Assembly: GCA_937862805.1 (NCBI GenBank)
Contig: CALMDO010000235.1
Location: 1 to 55,745 of the forward strand
DNA: 55,745 bases
Direction of reading: 5' to 3'
Source: an uncultured Bacteroidota bacterium
GTDB lineage: Bacteria > Bacteroidota > Bacteroidia > Bacteroidales > FEN-979
A program made the translations under genes and the position numbers. Under the pieces are notes generated by a model. It was not told the DNA's origin. It saw only the letters and a program-made list of their open reading frames with translations, and did not search any database. Positions 1 through 10,290 of the stretch are shown here, in pieces (the first letter of the stretch is position 1; every line of letters starts with the position of its first letter).

Positions 1-162
1 GGGAAAGACGATTACAGCCTGAACATCGTAAATGTACCCCTGGAGAACGAACCGGCAGAATCAGTCATGGATTCACAAGTTAACCAGATTGAAAAAAAAA
101 CCAAGACACCGATCGGGAAAAAAGCCTGGAAACAAGATACATCTGACCCAACCCTCTTTTAA
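1..162 (+). CDS. mod: Type III R-M methyltransferase (Mod), 3' fragment truncated by window edge
   Basis: Frame 1 reads GKDDYSLNIVNVPLENEP...DPTLF* with TAA at 160-162, overlapping the res ATG (TAATG). The GKDDYSLNI tail resembles Mod C-termini as I recall them, and the position directly upstream of res fits. Absent from the ORF track. Confidence 0.7.
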   Translation, partial: GKDDYSLNIVNVPLENEPAESVMDSQVNQIEKKTKTPIGKKAWKQDTSDPTLF

Positions 163-2846
163 TGCTTTGTTTCGCTATGGATAGAATTGCCAACCAGATC
201 AATAACCGCCTCAGTCTTCGCCCGCCACAGACAAGAAGCCTGGAGATCCTTTCTGAGCTCGTAAACGGGGAGCAGGATATTCTCCAGCCAGCCTCCCCCG
301 AAGAGAAACTTAAAACAGTGAATGAGCGGTTTCGTACATGCGTTGATTTTGAGCGGGATTTCCCTTCCATGTGTTTTGCACTGGCGACAGGCGTTGGAAA
401 GACCCGGCTGATGGGTGCATTTGTCACCTACTTGTATCTCGCCAAGGGAATAAAACATTTTTTTGTACTTGCTCCCAACCTTACCATTTACCAGAAACTG
501 ATGGATGATTTCCAGAATCCACAGAACCCGAAGTATGTATTTAAAGGAATTGGTGAATTTGCAACGGAACCGCCAAGAATCATTACCGGAGACAACTACG
601 GCGAAATATCACAATCCCGTTTATTTCAGTCCGACGTCCATATCAATATTTTCAACATTTCTAAAATCAATGCTGAGACCAAATCCGGAAAAGAACCAAG
701 GATAAAACGGCTTGTTGAATACTTAGGAGAGTCCTATTTCAATTACCTGAGCAAATTGGATGACCTGGTTTTGTTGATGGACGAATCCCATCATTACCGT
801 GCTGACCGGGGCATGCAGGTTATCAATGAACTTCAGCCTTTGCTTGGACTGGAGCTCACTGCAACTCCACAGGTAGAACGAGCCGGAACGCCGGTAAAAT
901 TCAGAAATGTGGTTTATGAGTATTCGCTGGCTCATGCCATCCGGGACGGATTTGTGAAAGAGCCATGCGTTGCCACCCGCAGGGATTTCAATCCAGATGC
1001 TTACAAAGCAGAGGAGCTTGACCGGATAAAAATTGAAGATGGGTTACGGATACATGAAGACACCAAAGTCGCTCTGGATATCTATGCCCGGGAAACAGGA
1101 ACAAAGCAGGTTAAACCCTTTGTCTTGATCGTTGCCAAAGAGACGGATCATGCCGCCGAGATCAAAAAGCTGATTCAACAAAACACTTTCTTTGATGGCC
1201 GCTATTCTGATAAAGTGATTGAAATCCATTCCAATCAAAGAGGAGAGGAAAAGGAAGAAAACATTCAGCAGTTACTTTCAGTTGAAGATCCGGATAACCG
1301 GACCGAAATCGTGATACATGTGAATATGCTGAAGGAAGGATGGGACGTGACGAATCTTTATACGATTGTTCCCCTGCGTACGGCAGCATCGCTTACATTG
1401 AGGGAACAGACCATTGGCCGGGGGCTTCGTTTGCCCTATGGCAAGCGTACCGGAAATCCCAAAGTTGATAAACTGACCATCGTTTCGCATGACAAATTCC
1501 AGGAAATTATTGAAGAAGCCAACAAGCCCGATTCCATTATCCGGAAAGAAAATATCATCGAGATCGATCCGGTGGAACTCTGCAGATCGAAAGAAGTAAT
1601 ATCCGTAAAGTCGGCGCTGGACACCAAATATGAAGCGGCAAAACAGGAGATAGCAAAAATCCCGGATGAAAAGAAAAGAGAGGAAGCTACACTTACACTT
1701 GAAATACAGCAGAATATCATACAAGATTTACCTGAATTGGCAAAACTTGTTAGAAATGTCAGTGAGATCAGCAGCAGTGAGGTTAAAAAAATTGCCATTG
1801 AACGTTTTAAAAGCCGGATTGAGAGCAATCCGCAGACCCAATTATTTGTTGCCGCCATGGTTGCCGAAGCTGATAGGATTTATGCTATCGCCGTACAGGA
1901 TTTTTCCGACCACATCATCGAGATTCCCAGGATCATCATCCAACAGTCGGGCGATATCAGGCATGGGTTTCATGATTTTGATCTGGATACGAAAAACCTG
2001 AATTTCCAGCCCGTATCAGAGGAGATACTCCGGCAATCCTTAAAGGATAATTCACAGGAGATCATTCAGGGCAAAGGCCGGATAATCGCCGACACAAATG
2101 AGAATATTTTAGTGAATGAATTGGTCAATTACCCGGAGGTGGATTATGATTCACAGTCGGATCTGCTTTTCAAAATGTCATCGCAGGCTATCGGGAAATT
2201 CAGGACTTACCTGAACGATGAGGATCTTTATAACGTAGTTCTGTATAATAAGCGGGAGATCGGCCGGTTCATCTTCTCCCAGATGATGCTGAATTTTTAC
2301 ATTGAAGAAGCCAAATATGAAAAACCCGTGGTTTATCCTTTTGAACGAATCCTGGATCATAATTATTCCAAGTACACCCAGGACAAGATTCATCTATACA
2401 CAGATACCATAACCCCGACCTCGTTGATTCCCGGTCTTTTATTCAGTGGATTCTCAAAGTCCTACCATCATTCCTATAAATTCGACTCAAAGACAGAGAA
2501 GGACTTTTCCATCATTCTTGAGCAAGATAAAACAGTTCTGAAATGGTTACGGCCTGCAAAAAACCAATTCAGGATTTACTGGAAGCACAATTCAAAACAG
2601 TACTCTCCTGATTTCGTAGTTGAGACAGCCGATTCAATATACCTTGTTGAAACAAAGAAAGAAGGTGACATTGACGCAACCGATGTTCAGGAAAAAGCGA
2701 AGGCAGCGTTGGAATATTGCAAGCACGCATCGGACTATACGACAAAAAATGGTGGGAAGCCTTGGAAATATTTACTGATTCCGCATACTGATGTCAGCCT
2801 TTCTAATAGTTTCAATTATTTTGTAAGCAGATGTTTACAAAAATAA
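162..2846 (+). CDS. res: Type III restriction endonuclease subunit (Res), SF2 helicase plus PD-(D/E)xK nuclease
   Basis: Walker A ATGVGKT, DESHH, LTATP, MLKEGWDV, EQTIGRGLRLP, and C-terminal YSPDFVVE...LVETK nuclease motif. Alternative start ATG 177. Confidence 0.9.
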   Translation: MLCFAMDRIANQINNRLSLRPPQTRSLEILSELVNGEQDILQPASPEEKLKTVNERFRTCVDFERDFPSMCFALATGVGKTRLMGAFVTYLYLAKGIKHFFVLAPNLTIYQKLMDDFQNPQNPKYVFKGIGEFATEPPRIITGDNYGEISQSRLFQSDVHINIFNISKINAETKSGKEPRIKRLVEYLGESYFNYLSKLDDLVLLMDESHHYRADRGMQVINELQPLLGLELTATPQVERAGTPVKFRNVVYEYSLAHAIRDGFVKEPCVATRRDFNPDAYKAEELDRIKIEDGLRIHEDTKVALDIYARETGTKQVKPFVLIVAKETDHAAEIKKLIQQNTFFDGRYSDKVIEIHSNQRGEEKEENIQQLLSVEDPDNRTEIVIHVNMLKEGWDVTNLYTIVPLRTAASLTLREQTIGRGLRLPYGKRTGNPKVDKLTIVSHDKFQEIIEEANKPDSIIRKENIIEIDPVELCRSKEVISVKSALDTKYEAAKQEIAKIPDEKKREEATLTLEIQQNIIQDLPELAKLVRNVSEISSSEVKKIAIERFKSRIESNPQTQLFVAAMVAEADRIYAIAVQDFSDHIIEIPRIIIQQSGDIRHGFHDFDLDTKNLNFQPVSEEILRQSLKDNSQEIIQGKGRIIADTNENILVNELVNYPEVDYDSQSDLLFKMSSQAIGKFRTYLNDEDLYNVVLYNKREIGRFIFSQMMLNFYIEEAKYEKPVVYPFERILDHNYSKYTQDKIHLYTDTITPTSLIPGLLFSGFSKSYHHSYKFDSKTEKDFSIILEQDKTVLKWLRPAKNQFRIYWKHNSKQYSPDFVVETADSIYLVETKKEGDIDATDVQEKAKAALEYCKHASDYTTKNGGKPWKYLLIPHTDVSLSNSFNYFVSRCLQK

Positions 2847-2888
2847 TATACCCGGGAAAAAACCGGACAGCTTTCCCCCGGGTATATT
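2845..2888. terminator. Inverted repeat between convergent res and C10 peptidase genes; probable terminator
   Basis: 12-bp perfect arms AATATACCCGGG / CCCGGGTATATT between two convergent stop codons. Confidence 0.6.
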
Positions 2889-2900
2889 GGTGGAATTGAT

Positions 2901-5042
2901 CTAATTGATGATCAGTTTACTGTTTTGAATTGCCTGGTCGGTGATCACCTGCAGGAAATAAATTCCGGGTTTGACGGTTGAAATATCGATTTTCTGGATA
3001 TTTTCCCCTGGTTGAGCAATCGCTGAACAGTTCTTCAGAAGTTTTCCCGTAAGATCCGTAATGCGAAAAGTAATCCTAATAGCTTCCGGCATGGAATACC
3101 GGATAGTAACCTCTTCGTCGGCAGGGTTTGGATAAAAAGTAAGATCCTTGAACGCAGTCTTTTCTTCGGTGCCGACTACCGGGGAATAGTCAAGGTCCCA
3201 GCCGGCTCCGCGCACCGAATTGTTGGTTTGCCAGATCAGCATCACCGAACCTGTGGTCGAAGAGATCGGGGCAGGAGGTGTTGTATAGTTACCCGACAAT
3301 GTTGCCAGTAAATCACCGGTACCGATATCATAAATCATTAGTTTATCCTGGTCTGGTTCGGTATTGAAGTTGTTGGGCGTAATAATCAGCTTGCTGGCGC
3401 CTGGAGGTGTGATGAACCATTTGCAGGTAGATAGATTTCTGTATGAGAATCGTCCGCTACCATCATCAATATGTCCCCATGCTTCCAAAAGGTTTGTGGT
3501 CATGTTACAAAACTTAATAAAGGTGGTAGAATAGTTGGCCTTCCACCCGGGAGCGGTACCGGAACCATTGGTGATAAAGGTAATGAACATGGAAGGACCG
3601 GTAGAAGTCACTGAAGGCATGGAGGTTAAATTCCCTGAAAAAGTCCCTAAAAGCGGAGCTGTCGCATCGATCCCATCATAAACATTCACGATATCTTCGG
3701 TGGCTGTGTTGAAATCGGTGAAACTGAGTGTGATCGTATGTACACTGTCGTCAGGTGCGATAAGCCAGCTGCAATTGGCGTTATTCTGGTAGTCGGCTAC
3801 CGGACCGCTGCCATCCTCAACAGAACCTAAAGTGGCAGTAACATTCACATTTCCTGCACAATAAGATGGATAGAAAGATGGATCGGGGGCAATGTGCACC
3901 ACAGCGGCCTGGTTGAGATTGAAATTACTACCATTGGGGTTGAGGTTGTTGATATAAAAATAACCGTTTGCCGTGCCACCCCACCCCCAGTTGAAATGGA
4001 ACATATAGTCGGACCCGACCTGCTGGTATCCGTCCAGTACAAAAGCATGGCCTACCACGTTGTTATCCCCGGAATATTCAATGGGTTTACCAGCGTCAAT
4101 ATCCCCTTTGAGAAGGGTGAGCCAGCTCTGGTAGTTGCTGTAACGGAGTTTATGCTGGACAGTATTGGCATATTTGAAGTAGGTCTTCAGGGCATAGGGT
4201 ACTTTACTTGTAGCTGTGCCTGAACCATCCGGACCATATTGCATATCGACGCTGATGCCACAATGCCAGGCCAGGAGGGCCAATGCGTTGGATTCAAGAT
4301 TGGTTTCGTCGGGCATTCCATTCCAATCGTAAGTGGTTTCCCCGAAATTGGCACATTGTTGTCCATAGTTTGATTGTATGGGACTGATACAGTGGGAACC
4401 TTGTCCCTGGGCAGGATACCGCCAGTAATGCATGATCTGGCTCATGGCAGTAGCCACGCATCCCGACGGAACGCGCCCAAAATAGCTGCCTGTACTGGCC
4501 GGGTCTTTCGGACACATACCATTATAAGGGAAATCCTGATTCCACATACTCCTGATCAGAGGCTCAACATCCCTGGTGGCCACAGGATGGTCAGAATAAA
4601 CCGGGCCTTTCTTTAAAAGCTGGCTCCATTCCTTGTTGATGGCAGCATCGGATTTGAGGTTTTTCTCCCGCACCGAGTTGATTTCGAATTTATAATTGGA
4701 TAACCAAAATGTAAAATTTTCAGGAACGTTTTCCGGAGAATAGGAGGATTCGAAAGAATACCCGAGGATCGGATAACAAGCATCATCGGCCGAAACAATG
4801 ATGTAACCATTTCCTGCAAAATTGAAAATATAATACACAGGAAGACCATCGGTTTTTTCAACAAATTCGTCCTTGATGGTTATAGAACTGTATGGGACTG
4901 CCTGATGAAGATTATTCGTCAGGCGTTGAAAATAAAAAGTGATCCCGGCCTGTTTTGCATCTTTGATCTCTACCAGTTTTGCAGAGACGCTGAGACTGAA
5001 AAAGATGCTCAAAACGAGAAAAACAAAGGCATTTTTTTTCAT
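2901..5042 (-). CDS. Secreted C10 (streptopain-like) cysteine peptidase with pro-domain, two CUB domains and T9SS C-terminal domain
   Basis: Signal peptide; GYIIVSADD pro-region; WNQ, GCVATAMSQ (Cys), GHAFV (His), FNWGWGG; two DGSG..Y.N...C.W.I CUB repeats; FYPNPA...GIYFL...KLII CTD. Confidence 0.9.
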   Translation of the reverse strand: MKKNAFVFLVLSIFFSLSVSAKLVEIKDAKQAGITFYFQRLTNNLHQAVPYSSITIKDEFVEKTDGLPVYYIFNFAGNGYIIVSADDACYPILGYSFESSYSPENVPENFTFWLSNYKFEINSVREKNLKSDAAINKEWSQLLKKGPVYSDHPVATRDVEPLIRSMWNQDFPYNGMCPKDPASTGSYFGRVPSGCVATAMSQIMHYWRYPAQGQGSHCISPIQSNYGQQCANFGETTYDWNGMPDETNLESNALALLAWHCGISVDMQYGPDGSGTATSKVPYALKTYFKYANTVQHKLRYSNYQSWLTLLKGDIDAGKPIEYSGDNNVVGHAFVLDGYQQVGSDYMFHFNWGWGGTANGYFYINNLNPNGSNFNLNQAAVVHIAPDPSFYPSYCAGNVNVTATLGSVEDGSGPVADYQNNANCSWLIAPDDSVHTITLSFTDFNTATEDIVNVYDGIDATAPLLGTFSGNLTSMPSVTSTGPSMFITFITNGSGTAPGWKANYSTTFIKFCNMTTNLLEAWGHIDDGSGRFSYRNLSTCKWFITPPGASKLIITPNNFNTEPDQDKLMIYDIGTGDLLATLSGNYTTPPAPISSTTGSVMLIWQTNNSVRGAGWDLDYSPVVGTEEKTAFKDLTFYPNPADEEVTIRYSMPEAIRITFRITDLTGKLLKNCSAIAQPGENIQKIDISTVKPGIYFLQVITDQAIQNSKLIIN

Positions 5043-5190
5043 GAATTTACTTTTTTTACTAAATTATTGGGTGTTTTGTACGATAAGTAATCTAAATAGG
5101 AGAATAATACACGATCCCCTGATAATGGTATCATATTACTTGTAGAAGACATTTAACTGTCTCCGGCCGGATGCAAAACCACAACCGTCC

Positions 5191-5721
5191 TTATGAAAAA
5201 ATAGTCGGGCAGAAAAGCGAACGGGGTGGCGGAGTGAGAATTTCCCTGTCGACGGATTGTAATACCACCGAATATTCCCAGTACTGAATGATTGTCATAT
5301 TGAAAAACAGGGATCCCCTAGTGGGAAGCAGATAATCATTAACGGGTTTTTTCTGAATCGTGGTTGACCGGGAATCGCTTGTTTGTTCCCTGACAAGCTT
5401 ATCCAGGTTGACCATCAGCTTTTTCTCCCTGGTATCATTAATGCAATAATAGCAGGTGGCATTACTTTTCTTTTTGATCTTGACGACGTCGTACATGTTC
5501 CCCTCATACCAGAATTCTTTGTTTTTTTCTATCCACCTTATTTGTTTGCAATTTCGCTCAGTAATGGTGATCAGGGTCAGTTGACTGATGGGAATGTTTT
5601 CCTTCAGCCTGTGTTTTATGGCATGTCTGATTGAATGTTGTTCAAGGGTATAATTCAAATAAAATCCCATCATATTGTAAAACAATATGACGATCAATGA
5701 AGCTGGCAATATCCTTTTCAT
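5191..5721 (-). CDS. Hypothetical protein with N-terminal hydrophobic anchor and C-terminal PPP motif
   Basis: 176-aa ORF with ATGA overlap to the upstream MFS stop; EFWYEGNMYDVV...YYCINDTREKKL core; ends ILTPPPRS. Confidence 0.7.
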   Translation of the reverse strand: MKRILPASLIVILFYNMMGFYLNYTLEQHSIRHAIKHRLKENIPISQLTLITITERNCKQIRWIEKNKEFWYEGNMYDVVKIKKKSNATCYYCINDTREKKLMVNLDKLVREQTSDSRSTTIQKKPVNDYLLPTRGSLFFNMTIIQYWEYSVVLQSVDREILTPPPRSLFCPTIFS

Positions 5722-7055
5722 TTCTTCTTTTTCATCAAAACCAGAAAAAAGACCATGCTGATCCCAAAGAATATGGCCAACATCATCACACCCGAACGCA
5801 TGCTGTGGGTCAGACTGTCCATAAACCCGAACAAGGCCAACCCAAATACAGTAGCGAACTTCTCCATGACATCAAAAAAACTGAAATAGGAGGTGTGGTC
5901 CGTCGTCTCAGGCAACATCTTGGAATAGGTCGAACGGGCCAGCGACTGTGAACCGCCCATCACAAAACCGATAAATACGGCTGCCGTGATAAACCCGGAA
6001 GCAGAACGGATCGTGTAAGCGCCTAAGCAAATGAGGATCCAGATCACAATGGCTAAAAGCAGGGAAGGGATATTGCCGATTTTGCCGGATAACCGGGCGA
6101 AAAACCAGGCCCCGGCAATCCCCAGGAACTGGATGAGCAAAACAGTCGGGATGACCACCTCGTTGGGGAGCTTCAACTCTTTGGTCCCGAAAGAAGCTGC
6201 CATGAACATCACCGTGATGACACCCATCATCATGAAAAGAAAACCACCAAGATAGACCGATAACCTGAAGGATTTTCTTACCTCTTTGAAAACCTTAATG
6301 ATCTCACGATACCCGGCCAGGATGACGTTTTCTTTACCGCTTCTTCGACGATAAGCGTATTTGGGAAGCCTGTTAAAAGTGATCTGTGCAAAGCCAAACC
6401 ACCAAAGGCCTACCGAAAGGAAGGAAATCTTTGCCGGAAGCAACGAATCCTGCGCGATTCCGAAAAAACCGGGGGCAAGGATCATCCAAAGGTTGAACAA
6501 CAATAAAACCACACCCCCGATATAACCCATTGAATACCCCCTCGCCGAAATCCGGTCCTGATCCTCAGGAGCGGCAATGACCGGGAGAAAGGAATTATAA
6601 AATACAATGCTCCCGGCATAACCTAACGTACCCAGCCCGAAAGCGAAGATCCCCAGAGTGATATGATCGCTGTCGAAAAAATAAAGCGCCATGCAGGAGA
6701 TGGACCCGATCAGCGTGAATACTTTCATGAAAGTCTTACGACGACCCGTGTAATCGGCCAACCCGCTGAGCAACGGGGAGAAAATTCCGATGATTAAAAA
6801 GGCAGCAGCAATGGTATAAGAATAGAGCGCACTGTTGACCACCTTCATCCCCAAAAAATTGACCATGCAATCATCTCCCCGGCAGGTTACCAGGTTGTAA
6901 TAACCGGGGAAAATGGCTGAAGAGATGGTCAACTGGTACACCGAATTGGCCCAATCGTACATGATCCATCCCCGGATGGCCTTGGGATCACCTTTGCGAA
7001 TCGGCGGTATTTTGGCAGAACTGGTCAGAAATGATACAATGGATTTACCCGGCAT
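5718..7055 (-). CDS. MFS transporter, UMF1/Atg22-like family
   Basis: WIMYDWANS, LADYTGRRK, FYNSFLP, GGSQSLARS motifs; about 12 hydrophobic segments. Confidence 0.88.
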   Translation of the reverse strand: MPGKSIVSFLTSSAKIPPIRKGDPKAIRGWIMYDWANSVYQLTISSAIFPGYYNLVTCRGDDCMVNFLGMKVVNSALYSYTIAAAFLIIGIFSPLLSGLADYTGRRKTFMKVFTLIGSISCMALYFFDSDHITLGIFAFGLGTLGYAGSIVFYNSFLPVIAAPEDQDRISARGYSMGYIGGVVLLLFNLWMILAPGFFGIAQDSLLPAKISFLSVGLWWFGFAQITFNRLPKYAYRRRSGKENVILAGYREIIKVFKEVRKSFRLSVYLGGFLFMMMGVITVMFMAASFGTKELKLPNEVVIPTVLLIQFLGIAGAWFFARLSGKIGNIPSLLLAIVIWILICLGAYTIRSASGFITAAVFIGFVMGGSQSLARSTYSKMLPETTDHTSYFSFFDVMEKFATVFGLALFGFMDSLTHSMRSGVMMLAIFFGISMVFFLVLMKKKK

Positions 7056-7081
7056 GGTTTTGAGTTTAGCAACGAGAAAGT

Positions 7082-8332
7082 TTATGACCCCAAGGGCTTT
7101 TCAACAAAAGCTGTCGAAAAGAGCAAAGCATTGAAAAAGGCGTAAAATACCACCCCGGCCTGAATTTCGAGCATCGACTCAAACAGGAGGTTGACGGCAA
7201 AGATGACAATGAAAGCGACATAGAGGTAATCCTCCTTTCTCAGGTTGTGCCATGCCGGCCTGAAAAGAACTGCCAGCAAGAGTAAAAAACCCGTCACCCC
7301 TAAGGTCAGAAAGGTCTGAATGTACTGGTTGTGAGCGTTCAGTTTTTTTTTGTACACCGGATACAATTGATGCTCACGGTACGATTCCATCAACACATTT
7401 TTCACGTCGCCCGTTCCCACACCAAACATAAAATGCTGCCGGATCAGATCTGCCGAGATCTTCCATATCTCCATCCGGGCCACCGTACCGTCATTCGGAT
7501 TGGTGGCCCGGGTCCTTGAATCGGTGATCATCTTATCGGCAGTGGAAAACCGGTTGAAACCCTTGGGAAACATCCTGGAATTGACCACAAAAACGATGGC
7601 AAGGAACATAAATACATAAACAACCCGGTACAAGGGTGTTCTTTTATGAACCAGCAAAAGCAGGAAGAGTACCTGAATCAGCGCCAGTACCATGACACCT
7701 GCCTTGGAACTGAGCAGAAAAATGAGAATTTCGAGGTACAAGGCGCAGAGACAGAGCAGCAGGGTGAGAATAAAGGGGTTTTTTGAAGAATTCGAACCGA
7801 TATGCCACAGCAAAACGGCCATCCCGAAACAGTAGTACATGGCCAGATAGGTAGGATGGAAGAACCATGCCAGGTTGGTATAGTACCACGGGTCGGGAAC
7901 TCCCCACCGGGCGTTGATCACCAGGGTATGCAACAACAACATCACCGAACCGGCGATGATCCCGTTAATATAAGCTCCAAAAAGCAGGCTTATCCTGGAA
8001 GGAGTGAAGGTGGTCAGGTCGCTCGTGGAAAAAATCAGGGGAAAGATCAGCAGGGAGAGTTTGACTTGCAGATCGAACCAGCCGTAACTGAAATCAGTGG
8101 AATAGAGCATCCCGACCAGGTATAACAGGTACAGTGCGGCAAAGAAAAGGGTTTGGCCCCTCCATTTTTCGGAGCGGAACCGGGAAATCGTTCTCAGCCA
8201 GATTCCGCTTACCAGCCAATTAATACCCATGACCATGATCAGCGAAGGAAGGATTTTGGGAGCAAGAGGAAGGAAAAAGGCCAGCGCAATGCAGGAAAGG
8301 TAAAGGATCTGTTGATGGATTCGATGGCGCAT
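7082..8332 (-). CDS. O-antigen ligase/Wzy_C family membrane protein
   Basis: Polytopic; SSKAG, R..IW, FGVGTGD, LNAHNQY motifs. Confidence 0.85.
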   Translation of the reverse strand: MRHRIHQQILYLSCIALAFFLPLAPKILPSLIMVMGINWLVSGIWLRTISRFRSEKWRGQTLFFAALYLLYLVGMLYSTDFSYGWFDLQVKLSLLIFPLIFSTSDLTTFTPSRISLLFGAYINGIIAGSVMLLLHTLVINARWGVPDPWYYTNLAWFFHPTYLAMYYCFGMAVLLWHIGSNSSKNPFILTLLLCLCALYLEILIFLLSSKAGVMVLALIQVLFLLLLVHKRTPLYRVVYVFMFLAIVFVVNSRMFPKGFNRFSTADKMITDSRTRATNPNDGTVARMEIWKISADLIRQHFMFGVGTGDVKNVLMESYREHQLYPVYKKKLNAHNQYIQTFLTLGVTGFLLLLAVLFRPAWHNLRKEDYLYVAFIVIFAVNLLFESMLEIQAGVVFYAFFNALLFSTAFVEKPLGS

Positions 8333-8344
8333 GGTCAGATCTTA

Positions 8345-9400
8345 TTATCTTGAATTTTGTAAATGCAAAGCACGTTTCCTCATGAAGACGAACCTGAAGA
8401 TTCCCGCCAGATATCCGCTCCCGTATGAAAAATGTTGTATAAAAAAGACTACCGGAAGGTAAGGGAAAAGAAAAAACTGCCGGCTCCGGATGCCTTCTTT
8501 CAATGCGAAAAACAGACCGGCTGCCAGGTACAAAGCAATACCGGCACAATAACCGATGAAGAGGGGGGGGCAGAAGATCCCCGGTACCCAGCCGATCAAC
8601 AAAAAGAGGACGAAAAGTGGAGGGATGAATTGACGTATTGTGGCAGGTTTTTTCAGTTTGAGGTTGACCAGCGGTTTGAAATAGCCGTATTGGTAATACA
8701 TCCTGCTCAATGACTTGAGGTCAGGACGGGCGAAATAGGTGATGGCGATATCGGGGATCAGGTAGATGGCTCCCCCGTTTTGAAGGATCCGGGCATTGAA
8801 TTCATCATCTTGGTTGCGAAGAAGCTCTTCGTCAAAATACCCAATACGGTCAAACAGTGAACGCCTGAAACACCCGAACGGAACGGTATCCACCGGGCAG
8901 CTTCCGGCTGGTTTCAGCCGGAAGCTGGCATCCCCCACACCAAAGACTGAGGAGAGGGCAACTGCAATAGTGCGGGCAGTCATTGAATCGTTGGCAGGAA
9001 CGGTGATCCATCTTCCTCCCACATTGTCAGCTTTCAGTTCAAAAAGGTTTTCTACCAACTGCCGGATATAATTCTCCGGGTAAACCGCGTGGGCATCCAT
9101 CCGGATGATCACTTCCCCGGCTGCTTGCCTGATCCCCAGGTTCAGGGCGAAAGGAGCGAACCGCTTTTCATTGATCAGGAGCTTAATCCGCGGATCATGC
9201 TTCCTGTACAGACCAATAATTTCCTGCGTGGTATCCTGGCTCTGACCATCGATCAGCAGGAGTTCGAGCCGGTCGGTCGGATAGTCCTGCTGTTGTAAAT
9301 TCTCAATCAAAGGACCGATGAATTTCGCTTCATTGTAACAGGGAACAATCACCGATACAAGGGGAGCCTCAGGGCCGGGTTCGACAGTCAACCGGTTCAT
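8345..9400 (-). CDS. Glycosyltransferase family 2 (ExoA-like)
   Basis: SVIVPCYNE, IDGQSQD, RMDAH, RNQDDEFN motifs and C-terminal TM segments. Confidence 0.9.
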   Translation of the reverse strand: MNRLTVEPGPEAPLVSVIVPCYNEAKFIGPLIENLQQQDYPTDRLELLLIDGQSQDTTQEIIGLYRKHDPRIKLLINEKRFAPFALNLGIRQAAGEVIIRMDAHAVYPENYIRQLVENLFELKADNVGGRWITVPANDSMTARTIAVALSSVFGVGDASFRLKPAGSCPVDTVPFGCFRRSLFDRIGYFDEELLRNQDDEFNARILQNGGAIYLIPDIAITYFARPDLKSLSRMYYQYGYFKPLVNLKLKKPATIRQFIPPLFVLFLLIGWVPGIFCPPLFIGYCAGIALYLAAGLFFALKEGIRSRQFFLFPYLPVVFFIQHFSYGSGYLAGIFRFVFMRKRALHLQNSR

Positions 9401-9413
9401 TGTTGGTTCAGAT

Positions 9414-10259
9414 TCATTGATAATACATTGAGCGGATCGATCCGCACATTTCCCGGTAATACCTGTTGGTGGTCCGGTTTACAAAAAAGCCTACCGAAGC
9501 GTGTTCATAATCAAGTATTTCCAAAGATGGATCGTAAATCACCTCCAGCCCCAGGCGCTTCGTCGTCTCCGCCACGAAAATTTCCTCTCCGAAGAGAAAA
9601 TGGGGAAGTCGGAGGTTACCTCCTTTTTCAAACCACCGGTGACTGAATATAAGGCACGATCCGTGAGGTGCATAGATGCTGGTCAGGGGAGGTACCCTGC
9701 CCTCCACCCTTTTGGCTTTCGTTTTACAGTGTCCGGTTAACCATTTTTTAAGGTAGGCGGGCAACAGGTAAAGATTGTGGATCAGGTAATGGCTGTAAAG
9801 GAGCCTGAAAAACCGGAACCTTGATGCGGAATAGGGTTTAAGTAACCCCGGGTTATAGTCGATCTTCCATTGCTTCGAGAGGATGGAGGGAGCTACCATG
9901 CCCAGTTTTTCCGGGCACTCCCTGTTCTTCAACCGCGATAGAAAACCGGGTGTGAAAACAATATCCACGTTGGTAACAAGTACCCACCGGGGAATTTCAG
10001 GTTGGTCCCTGAGGTAGTGGTCGAGCGCCTCCCTGGCTCCACCAAAATAACCAAGGTTTTTACCGGATGAAAAGTAATATACATAGGGAAGAGTTCCTAT
10101 AAAATCAAGAAAATCAGCGGGGGGCGGCTGTTCACTGTTGTCGGCAAGTACCAGCAATATTCCCTGGGTATTTTCAGGTTCAAAACTCTGAATAAAGCGG
10201 ATGGTCTCCGGGTAGGAATGATAGATAACGCTCAGGATCAGTATATCTGCTTTCTTCAT
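9414..10259 (-). CDS. Glycosyltransferase family 2-like
   Basis: LADNS, NLGYFGG, TNVDI, APHGSC, FLFGEE motifs. Confidence 0.8.
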   Translation of the reverse strand: MKKADILILSVIYHSYPETIRFIQSFEPENTQGILLVLADNSEQPPPADFLDFIGTLPYVYYFSSGKNLGYFGGAREALDHYLRDQPEIPRWVLVTNVDIVFTPGFLSRLKNRECPEKLGMVAPSILSKQWKIDYNPGLLKPYSASRFRFFRLLYSHYLIHNLYLLPAYLKKWLTGHCKTKAKRVEGRVPPLTSIYAPHGSCLIFSHRWFEKGGNLRLPHFLFGEEIFVAETTKRLGLEVIYDPSLEILDYEHASVGFFVNRTTNRYYREMCGSIRSMYYQ

Positions 10260-10290
10260 CGGTCACCGGATCAGCCGTTCAGATTGCATT

